Part shown: positions 53,469 through 64,000 of the stretch, piece after piece
How the letters are laid out: every line of letters starts with the position of its first letter
How positions within the stretch are numbered: position 1 is the stretch's first letter
Source: Eledone cirrhosa
Lineage: Eukaryota
DNA: 64,000 nucleotides
NCBI GenBank assembly: GCA_964016885.1
Contig: OZ024751.1
Span: 50,220,001-50,284,000 of the forward strand
Direction of reading: 5' to 3'
Notes under the pieces: model-generated
What the model was told of the DNA's origin: nothing
What the model saw: only the letters and a program-made list of their open reading frames with translations
Databases searched by the model: none
Program-made: the position numbers and the translations under genes

Positions 53469-55296
53469 ATAATAATAAATTTGAAGACTAAAATCCAAAG
53501 AGGGCTCGATAAGGATAAATATATATCAGATATATACGAACTGTAGAGCAAATATTTATTAAAATAACAGATTAAAGTTTAAGCAAAGAATCGCTGCTTT
53601 CACCCTTAACGGGATCTTTTCGTTTTTGAATTTGTTTTGCGAGATTTCTTATCTGAAAACGTGTGTTGAAGCAGATATTGTTATACTTTGGGAAATTTAT
53701 AATAAATTGAAGTGTGTGTTTTATTGGCTACATGACGCTCCGAATACTGAGTTCTGATCTAGCTGTCGAAACGGCCGGAGCTCAGCCATCAGGGTCGTGA
53801 CTCTTTTCCTATTACCCATTCTGTAGTTTTCTTTTTGTAGTTTTCTTTTTATGGTGGGCATTTATGTTTGGGGTGGTGTTGGTGTTTGTTTTGTTGGTAG
53901 GGGTGGGGTTTGATTGTAGTGGTGTTTGTGTTGTTGTTTGTGCTCGTGGTTGTGTGTTGGTGTTGGTGATTGTTGTTTTTGTGGCTTTGCGGTGTCTCTT
54001 TTTTTGTTTTGTTTTTATTTACGAGACCCTCCTTCATCTTCACTTGGTGATGAATCGTCATCAGGGGCGTGTGGGAGGGGTATGTTGTTTGATGATGGTG
54101 TGTTTGTGTGTGTGATTGTGGTAGTGATTGATGGAGTTGGATGGGGTGGGACTGTTTTTTTTCAGGAGAATTGTTTGTGTTTTTTCTGTTGTTTGTGGTT
54201 GAACAGTTGTTTGTTTTTGTCTGTTTGCTTGTTTTATGTGTTGTTGTTGTTTTGGAGTTGGTGTTGGTAAAAGTACTTGGGGGGGGGGGGCGGTGCTGTT
54301 TGTTCGTAAGAGGGGACAGGAGGCCTTTAAATGCGATGTGCTTGCACATTTAAAACTATGTGGCCTCCCTCCTTCTGCCGAAATGGATTGATAAATGCAT
54401 GGATGGGTGGATAGATAGATGGTTGTAAATGATATGCACAGACAGCTGAGAGTAAATCCTAGTCTTAGAGACGAATTTCTAAAGCCTTAGCAGCCATTTG
54501 AAGAATGGTGACAGTTTTATCCAATTATTCCACTAATATAGATACGTTAACATTCTCAGACTTCTCAAACCACTTAATTCTGATGTTTACTGGAAATTCT
54601 GCACACAGCAAAATATTACAAGAAAATAGAACTCTAGTTCTTTTTCTTTTCTTTTTTTCTTTTTCTTTTTTTTTTCTTTTTTTTTTTTTTTTTTTTCCTG
54701 TGTGCGTGTATTTAGTTTTCATTCGTAGTATAACTATAATTAATGAAATGACCGTATGATAATTAACACATTACAGTATTGATTGAATGGTGTCACAAGA
54801 GAAACTAAATAGCATATTAGTTTCTTTAACAAGGTGACAGCTGTAGCAGTAATAAGAATAAGACAGAATTAATGGTAAGAATCAGTTAGATGTTAGACTC
54901 AGTCTTGTGTTGCTGTACTTGCTTTTCTTGTTGTTGTTGTTGTTATTTTCGATTTTGCTGCGAATATTTCAGTCATTGCGATTACTGTTTAATTGTGACA
55001 GAGTTATTGCATCTTGGTTCTCTTAAATCCAACAAGCTAACCATTGCCAGTCTATGGTGGCAAAATCTCAGAAAACAAGACATTATTCACCCCTGACGGA
55101 ATCTCCTATTTAAACATAGTCTTGCCATCTCATTCCACATATTTATTGATGTTGTATCAATACTAGAACAAAGTTTAAAGCGGGAAATAATTATTTCTAA
55201 TTAAGGCAGAAGGGCAGAAATTTGGTAAAGGGGTTTAGTCAATTATACCTACACCAATACTCGACTAGTACTTTATTTATCGACCACATATATATT

Positions 55297-55456
55297 CCAC
55301 ACTGGAAGAGGAAGGCCAAGGCTAACGTATGTTGATGCCCTAAGGACAGACACTGGTCTGTTGGTGGCGCAGAACATGGCAGCGATAATGAGGGACAGAG
55401 ACCGCAGGAGAGAACTCGTCCATGGATCTCGGGAATTTTTCCCGCCCTAGATAGAT
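55297..55456 (+). mobile_element. RTE-X-like 3' fragment inserted into an old SINE A, with ~130-bp flanking direct duplication
   Basis: 55155-55285 is repeated at 55465-55590, and the SINE core resumes after the second copy. Confidence 0.85.
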
Positions 55457-57513
55457 TAACATCATATCAATACTAGAACAAAGTTTAAAGCGGAAAACAA
55501 TTATTTCTAATTAAGGCAGAAGGGCAGAAATTTGATAAAGGGGTCAATTATATCTACACCAATACTCGACTAGTACTTTATTTATCGACCTCGGAAGGAA
55601 GAAAGGCAAAGTTGATCTCGGTGGGATGTAAACTCAGAACGTAAAAGTATGAATACTTTCAAAGATTTTATTGTTTTGTAATTGAAAATAAGAGCACAAA
55701 GTAGTCGTAGGCATATGACAAACGTACCAGACTTTAGGTTGGTGCCAGAATATAGATTTCTAGATTTATTTCGCTCGATATATATTGTTTAGCCATATTT
55801 TGTCTGTTTTACTATTTCAAGTGAGCCTATGAAAACATAGTCAGATTATAAATATTGTAAATATACACTCCTTAAATATGATTAATACCATTGAAAATTA
55901 TAATCTTGATAATAACAACTCAACACAGACATTTAAGCATTTACTGAAGATAATCATTAGATTTATTTCTGGATGGTGACAATTATCATTGTTCAATCTA
56001 TCTGTAGATATTGTTCAATAAATACTATGTGGGCAAACGATAACAAAGGTTGAAGACCACCATGTCACTTGAAACGCCAGCAAGCTAGAGTCACGTAGAT
56101 TTTTGTTATAATGACTTGTTCGTAATCCGTCCATACATATTTTGTGATAAATATTTAAGTAGGTGTTCTCTGTGTTAGTTACACATTTATTTTGAAACGT
56201 GCCTCCTCATTTAACCAAACGCAGTTAGGTAATATATTCATGGTGACAATATCAAAAACATAATATAAAGCTATAAAAATAACAGGATAACAGCTTGCTA
56301 CGTTCATATCTAATCTTAAGTGGCTCATAATGATATGTTTTTAATGTCATTTTACAAACTTTGTGCCAGGTTTCCAGGAAGATATATTAATTTTATTGAA
56401 GCAAAAGACAAATAATATATTGCCACATATTGCATTTCTCTGTTATGTGACGTTAAATATACGAATATATCAATAATACCGTCAGCATGAAGGTGACAAC
56501 GGCGATAAAAGAACAATGATAAAACTGATGGTGGTCGTGTTGATGACGATGATGGTGCTAGTGATGATGATGATGATGATGATGGTGTTGCCAATAGAGA
56601 TGTTATTGCTTAGCTTCAGGTCAGTTTGATCCAACTAATTTATTACCAAACACTTTACAGCTACACACCAAACAATCCATTTTTTCACACATAGTATATC
56701 CAAAAGTACATTATCAAATGTATTCTTTAGGTTTTCAAGACGATAAGATATGATTTGAGAGACATATAGCAGCAGCTACTTCTAACAGATCAGACTGTTC
56801 CTGTTGTTATTGTTTAGTCACAGATATGTTTTGATGAAGCAGACCAGCAATGGCCCTCAACCATGTAGTCCTCTTTCCTTATCAAATTTGTCGTTTCTTA
56901 TGAGGGGCAGTGAAGTGTGATATGAGAGAAATATGGTGGTTATATGTATCAGGTCAAACTGATGTTGTTGTTAGTAATAGTCATGTAATTTTCATTAACA
57001 CCTAGTAAGCCATAAATAAAAAAACTTTATTGAATTTATAGCATTTGTAACAAATTACTTATAATATTTTTGCTTTTTCCGAACATCCTCTAACTAATCG
57101 TCGCAGCGTGACGGAATGGTAAAGAAGTTCATTTACTAAACCTGATTCCGGGTTTGGTCCTACTGTGAAGTATCTTAAGCATGTGTCCTTTACCATAGAC
57201 CCATGACGATCCAAGTAATATGGATGAAAATATGTAGGTAGAAATTGCTTTCGAATGAAATATTGCAATCGAAGGGCGAATGAACCATGTCAGTAATACC
57301 ACAGGATCAGTATTATCCCAAACTATAACATTGAATTTCCCTCACAAAAGTCACACATCTTGGAGAATACTCAATCATATGCAACTTAATATAATTACTA
57401 GACCGTTCCATTCACTGACCAACTATAACAATTTTGTTTGTATTTCAATTTTTAAAAATAATTTTTTAAGGTTTTTCTCTTTAAAAAATTGTCTTTCGTT
57501 CATTTTCTTAAGG

Positions 57514-57594
<81 letters not shown>

Positions 57595-57730
57595 GGAATG
57601 AAAGGCGCAAGGTGCCGTGTGGTTGTGTGGTTACTAATAAAGAGTGTTCAGAAATGTAAGGAAAACACAAACAAACGACAATTCCTCTCTTCAGTTGTCT
57701 GCTGTAGGTCTCGGATGTTTCGACGCATCA

Positions 57731-57809
<79 letters not shown>

Positions 57810-58016
57810 CTACCCACCCACACGAAATCGTTCTCTCATTATTTAACGTATTAGTGTACACTCTGCTTTCCTTTATGGTAAGTGTCTTAATGATGGTGGC
57901 TTAATTAAGACATTGAGTGAATGAGAAAACGGTCAGAGATACATTGGTTCTTCCGATGACTTCGTTTCAATATTATATATACATACATATATTTATACAT
58001 ACATATATATATATAC

Positions 58017-58177
<161 letters not shown>

Positions 58178-58178
58178 C

Positions 58179-58271
<93 letters not shown>

Positions 58272-58274
58272 TAT

Positions 58275-58360
<86 letters not shown>

Positions 58361-58644
58361 ACAGGGAGAAAGAGACGATTATTAGGAAGAAAAATATATT
58401 TTTTTCCGTTTTTGTTTCTCTCTCTCTTTTTTCTGGGTTAGAAAATGATTAAAACAAAATGTTTTATTATTATTATTATTATATATATGTATATATATGT
58501 ATATATATGGTATCCCTGAAATATGTATAATGAAATAAATATGGTTTTATAAATATAGTTTCCATTTATTAATATCGTATATATATATATATAAAATAAA
58601 ATAAAATAAATAAGTCAAATGTTTAAAATTTGGCTTCGTTTATT

Positions 58645-58699
58645 ACTGCTATATATATTTCGGTGACAGCCATCTTTGGCTGTGACCTCTTCAGGCAGT
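58645..58699 (-). ncRNA. type I minimal hammerhead ribozyme (AUA site)
   Basis: actgc-CTGAAGA-ggtcacagcca-aaga-tggctgtcacc-GAAA-tatatATA-gcagt-AATAAA. Confidence 0.85.
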
Positions 58700-58980
58700 C
58701 CGAATTAGTGTGGTAGAGACGTGTACACATGTTGTTGAAGTGTATAACTTTATCAATACACTGATATACCCAGTTCCTGGTTGGGTTGTTATTTCACTGA
58801 GGAACTGGAATTAACCTGCGCACTTCGTCGAGTGCTCCAATCTGCATACAGAGGTGTTGGTATACAACCAACATATACTCAAAATTTATATATATATATT
58901 CATGCACACTTTTATATACGCGCACATATATATATACAGAAAGAGAGAAATAGAGAGAGAGAGAAAGAGAGAGAGAGAGT

Positions 58981-59051
<71 letters not shown>

Positions 59052-59204
59052 GTGTGTGTTTGTATTTGTTTTGTGTGTGTGAAACATTGCATACTTTCCT
59101 CTATTCATTTCAGGCACATGTATATATGTGTGGAATATAATTGTGTAGAATTTACATGTATCTTCAGTATGAATACAATTCTGCTAGTTTTACGAGTGAT
59201 GGTT

Positions 59205-59250
59205 AAAAACCGGAAGTCGTACATTTTCTGACGTCATCCGGCATTGCGTA
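59205..59250. promoter_or_regulatory. ETS + CRE motif cluster, probable promoter
   Basis: CCGGAAGT at 59210-59217, full CRE palindrome TGACGTCA at 59229-59236 and overlapping CATCCGG, all in unique CpG-containing sequence. Confidence 0.5.
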
Positions 59251-59516
59251 TCTTTCCTTGTGTCATGCAATTGATGAGACGTCAATTGTCAAGTGATTGT
59301 TATTACAAGTAAATGTCCTTGACCTTTATAGAATATGATGGATTAATTCCAATCCCATTTAGCTATCTGCTTTCCTCTTATCATATACACTTCTCTACCC
59401 CCCTCCCCTCTCTCTCTCTCTCTCTCTCTCTGTATATATATATATGTCTGTGTGTATATATATATATATAGATATATATATACATATACATATATATGTA
59501 CATATACATATATATA

Positions 59517-59552
<36 letters not shown>

Positions 59553-60089
59553 TGTATGTATGTATGTATGTATGTATGTGAGAACAGACTGTGCGATAGA
59601 GAGGGGGAGATAGATAGAGCAGGAGAAAGGAGAGAGGGGAGACGGGAAGACAGAACAGGTGATAGGAAGAGAGAGAGAAAGGGAAAAAAGGAAGAGAGAG
59701 ATGGAGAGTGGGTGAAATGCCATTTCTGTTCCATTTCCTACAAGTATGATTTAATTTCACAAGTGACTCGTGCTTACGTGAGGCAGAAGCCGGATAAAAA
59801 GAAGAAAAATATGGATACAAAACCCCAAACAAAAAACTTTAAACCAAAATATCCACCACCATCATCATTACTACTGCCAGCCAAACAAATGACTTTCTTT
59901 CTACCAAATGGGAGAATAACTCTGAGATAAAATTGTTTCATTCGGCACTCATCAGAACTTAATTGCCCTCATAATTATCACCTGATCAAATATTGTATCC
60001 AGTTACCTCTCAGAGCATCACCTACTCAAAAATTATTTTATCGATCAGCTTTGGCAAGACTTGAACACAGAACCTAAAAGGCAGTAACT

Positions 60090-61152
60090 AAGTATTGATT
60101 TCCAATTTAGGTACAAATGCTGCACGTTTGAGGGTGGTTAATGCTGATAAAAGAAGTCCCAGTGCTTGACTGGTACTTTATTTTATCGACCACTGAAAGA
60201 TTAAAGGCAAAGCTGACCACAGTGGTGAGATTTGAACAAAACATAAAGGGCCATAACTGAATATTAAAAGTTATTTTGTCTGACATTATAAAGATTCAGT
60301 CAGTTCAGAACAATATTGATTTTCTAACATAGCTAGGAGAAGAATCGATTATATTGATCCTAGACCTTCTATTATACTTCATTTTCTCGACACCAGACAG
60401 ATGGAAGGTTAAGTTGCTCTAAGTATAATTACACACCAGAAACACAAATGGTTATATAAGGAAACACAACAAGGTATTTAGTACGGCACCTTTAACAATT
60501 CAACCTTCCACCACACTACACATAACAACAAGAAGAAAAACAAGAAAAACAACAATAAAATTGACTTCTAATTTAGACACAAAGCTAGTAAATTTAAATG
60601 AAGGGGTGCAAAGTTAATTAAATCAGCCCCAGTTTTTAACTGGTATATTATTTCATCGATCCCGGAAGGATTAAAATCAAAGTTGACCTGGCCGGGATTT
60701 GAACTCGGGATCTTAAGAAGAGTAAAACAAAATCCGTTATGACATTTTGTTCGACGCTCTACCAATTCGACCAGTCCACTACCCTAAAAAGGACCATAAC
60801 TCTATGCTGCAAAATATGATGTCTGATGCTCTACCGATTCTGCCAAACCACTTAAGATATTAATAATACCCTAACCTATTAATTAAAACAGGAATCAATA
60901 CAGGCGTCATATAATTATATCTTTCTGGTAATGTTATATACACTTATTGTGTAAGATAATGTCATTATTTCATAATTGAAAGGGCGGTGAATTGACAGTA
61001 TCGGTAGAGGGTTGGACGCCATGCTTTCCAGCACAGTTACGTCAAATCCCGTCGAGGTTAACTTTGCCTTTCATCCTTACGGGGTCGATAAAATAAAGTA
61101 CCAGTAATGTACTGGGTAATTGTTAGCCTTGTGCCAAAAGTAGAAACAATTA
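60090..61152. mobile_element. cluster of SINE A copies
   Basis: Old minus-strand copies at ~60090-60300, ~60320-60500 and 60565-60785, and a plus-strand copy at 60981-61152 with an internal deletion. Confidence 0.8.
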
Positions 61153-61507
61153 TTTCATAATTGTTATTTTTCTTCTCCGGTTTAGCAATTAAAGCAGTTA
61201 TAATTGATTTGTCAATGTTGTTGTTGTTGTTGTTGTTGTGGTCGCCATTTACTTTTTATGTTTCTGATTTGTTTGGTTTGGGGAGGGGGGGGTCTTATTG
61301 ATATTTTAAAATCTTTTTTTGTGTGCATGTCGTTTCTATTCTTGTGAATAATATTAGAAAATAATAGCTTGTGGAATATTGTGATATAAATACCTAGAGA
61401 TATTCTTGAAAAATCTTACAACAGTACACATTTTTGTGTGTCTGTGTATGAGTCTATATATGAGTACGTGTTTACATGCACAGACCATATATATATATAT
61501 ATATATA

Positions 61508-61890
61508 GGGCGGAAGAACTCATAAGAGTCAACGGCCATCCAAAAGTGTGTAAATATGTATATACACATGTACCGCGCGGTTAAACTACTGGGTGTGAAG
61601 GACCCCTAGCCTTTGTCAGGGCATTCTTCTAGGAGAAGGCAACTCAGGAAACTGGGATAACTCCGATATAAAACCTGCGGCTCAGTAGTTACCAATGATG
61701 TTGATCTTTTCTTCTTTTCGGGTTATAGCTACTGTCGCTCAGACAGTGGGATTGGCTCAGTGTACAGGCTTTCCTCACTTTAAAAATTATCTTCACGCAC
61801 AGCCATTGCACGATAGAATTAGTTAATAATTATTAATAATGGTATATCGTGCAATGGCCATATTCGATAACGAGGAGGCAGCCATCATCA
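61508..61890 (+). mobile_element. diverged relative of the 608-bp retroposon
   Basis: Shares AAGAGTCAA.GGCCATCCAAAA, GACCCC.TAGCCTTTGTCA.GGCA, CTAGGAGAAGG.AACTC, CCAATGATGTTGA and a GGCAGCCA.CAT end. Confidence 0.7.
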
Positions 61891-61901
61891 TATATATATA
61901 T

Positions 61902-62060
61902 ATAGGAAAATGTATGACCCCCCGACGGCAGAGCTCAAGCCGTTGCGACGGCTATTTCAGTCCAGAAATAGCCGTCGAAACGGATTGAGTTCTGCCGTCG
62001 GGGTCATACATTTTCCTATTGCCCACTCTACTACCCTAACTATTGAGTACTCTGGTGCTT
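61902..62060. mobile_element. fold-back pLTR fragment (~55-bp-arm hairpin) containing the 3' half of a hammerhead
   Basis: 61902-61958 pairs with 61965-62019, and the right arm has GAAACGG-attgagttctg-CCGTC. The tail 62020-62060 matches 3530-3570 (inverted) and 53805-53825. Confidence 0.75.
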
Positions 62061-62184
62061 TATATATATATATACGAGGGGGCATTCGAGTAGTTTTGAG
62101 CCGTCTCTAAGTTATTATAATTTTTACTATATCATTACTATACATCCAATAAGCTGACCTGCCAACCTTTGTTATTCTAGATTG

Positions 62185-62282
<98 letters not shown>

Positions 62283-62289
62283 TATTTAC

Positions 62290-62897
62290 GTCAGGTCACC
62301 AGTTGGTGCTACTGGTAACATGTATCCCAGTTCAACCTGTCTCATAGTCGGGTCGTTGGCGACTAAACTGGCAACCCCACCAAGGTTTCTTAGTGAGGAG
62401 GGGGTCTTTGGACATCCTGCAGGACTAAAAACAAAACCTGTCCAAGGGCAAAGGAGGTCTTAGGAGTCAATGGCCATCCAAAATCACCGGGAGAGATGAC
62501 CCCTTAGCCTTTGTCAAGGCAAAATTCTAGGAGAAGGAAAACTCTGATATAACACCTGCAACCCTAATGGTATCCAATGATGTTGACTTGTTCTTCTTTT
62601 TGGTAAATATCATCTTGGTTAAGAGAGTGGGACTAGCTTTGTGCAGTGCCTTTGCTCACTATAAAAGCTTCACAGCACAGGCATTGCTTTATATCTGGAG
62701 ATCTCTCTACACTTGTCATCACATGGTACCATGGGCCCAGCACTATGTGTCAATAATTGTCACAAGTGTAGTGTTTGTACCAGAGTTTTCAAGTCGCTGG
62801 CTGGACTAAAAAGTCACACTCGTTCAGCGCATCGGTACGGGTTCTCCTACATGGATATAAAGTAGTGGCCGTACTTGAAAACGAGTTGGCAGCCACC
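62290..62897 (+). mobile_element. third copy of the 608-bp non-coding retroposon
   Basis: Reverse complement of 46587-47194, flanked by (ATGT)n. Confidence 0.9.
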
Positions 62898-62908
62898 ATG
62901 TATGTATG

Positions 62909-62953
<45 letters not shown>

Positions 62954-62976
62954 GTGGTTACACAACAGTTAGTTCA

Positions 62977-63026
62977 CCATACCGAGAACAATTGTTTCAC
63001 CTTAGCGGATCCTCAGCTCGTAATGG
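62977..63026 (-). ncRNA. type I minimal hammerhead ribozyme (GUU site)
   Basis: ccattacgag-CTGAGGA-tcc-gctaa-ggt-GAAAC-aatt-GTT-ctcggtatgg, with an extended stem I. Confidence 0.75.
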
Positions 63027-63177
63027 ACATGGTTATACGGAACGGGAAGGACAACATATATATATATGTATGTGTGTGTATATATATATATATATATTGT
63101 GTGTGTGTATATAAACAAAGGAGTGAGGAGAGAGAGATAATTTGTATGTGTCTGTGTGTGTTAAAGAAAAAAAACTA

Positions 63178-63479
63178 AGTCCGTGCCGAGGTTTACTTTG
63201 CCTTTCATCCTTACGGGATCGATAAAATAAGGTACCAGTAATGTACTGGGATAATTGCTGGCCTTGTGCCAAAAGTAGAAACAATTATATTTATGATTGG
63301 CAGTATCAGTAGAAGGTCGGACCCCATGCTTTGCAGCATAGAGTTACGCCCCTTTATGGTTTGAGTTCAAATCCCGCCGAGGTTCACTTTGCCTTTCATC
63401 CTTATTGGGTCGATAAAATAAAGTTCCAGTAATACACTGGGATAATTGCTGGCCTTGTGCCAAAAGTAGAAACAATTAT
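63178..63479 (+). mobile_element. two tandem SINE A copies
   Basis: 5'-truncated copy at 63178-63288 and near-full copy at 63296-63479. Confidence 0.9.
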
Positions 63480-64000
63480 ATTCATCGAACCCAGAAAGAC
63501 GAATGTCAAGTTTCACATGGTGTGATTTGAACTGTAAGGAAAGAGATCTTGAACAAACACTGCAAGATATTCTATTCAACGCCCTATAACGACTCTTTCA
63601 ATTGCCAGGTTCTAGTGATAAGCCATGACAATAAGAACTTAATAAAATCAATGTGGTTTGTAACGCCAAGCGAATCATTAGTTTGAATTAGTAATTCATG
63701 TGAACTGAAGTCTAATTGAAGCATGTGGACTAGAATCTACTCAATATTTCATATCAGATTCTCAAGTAGTTGTCTTGACTTTTCATTTAGCTTGTATTGT
63801 TGGTATTGTTGTATAGCTCTGTATTTGTTTGTTCTTGGTTTTAGTTTGATTTGTTTTTGTGTTGTTTTGTTTATTTGTATGTATTTATTTATTTCTTAAA
63901 GAGTTTGCATTATTGAGTGTAACTGTTCATTTTAAAAGTTGTTCATAGAAAGAGGATGAGGTCTTCTAACTATGACATACAGTCAGGCACCGGAATAGTA

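Noticed and set aside
53849-54385. Low-complexity minus-strand ORF with a faint zinc-knuckle-like start (possible LINE ORF1)
   Set aside because: The Cys residues are not conserved and the rest is compositional bias.
62073-62105. TA-CGAGGGGGCATTCGAGTAGTTTTGAGCC mariner-like TIR
   Set aside because: No matching second TIR was found.

Overview
This is AT-rich, repeat-saturated animal genomic DNA, most likely a coleoid cephalopod such as Octopus (inferred from the SINE families and the extreme (AT)n/(GT)n/(ATGT)n load). No intact host protein-coding gene is supported, and almost all listed ORFs are microsatellite artefacts. Recognisable content includes about 25 copies of one tRNA-derived SINE, a CORE-type SINE, RTE/RTE-X, Tx1-like and CRE-like LINE remnants, two mariner-type MITEs, several minisatellites, a 608-bp non-coding retroposon, a tRNA-like sequence and two promoter-like motif clusters. 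There are also three Neptune-type Penelope-like element (PLE) remnants with GIY-YIG endonuclease coding sequence. The main unannotated signal is at least 18 type I, mostly minimal hammerhead ribozyme motifs (stem I-CUGANGA-stem II-GAAA-short, usually palindromic stem III-NUH) from several unrelated families, almost all next to (TA)n or (TG)n tracts. The best candidate for a new system is a young, ORF-less 466-bp hammerhead unit in tandem plus inverted copies at 43.2-44.4 kb, which resembles a retrozyme or circular-RNA element. It abuts a second, palindromic hammerhead element. All folds and alignments were read by eye; no computation or database search was run.
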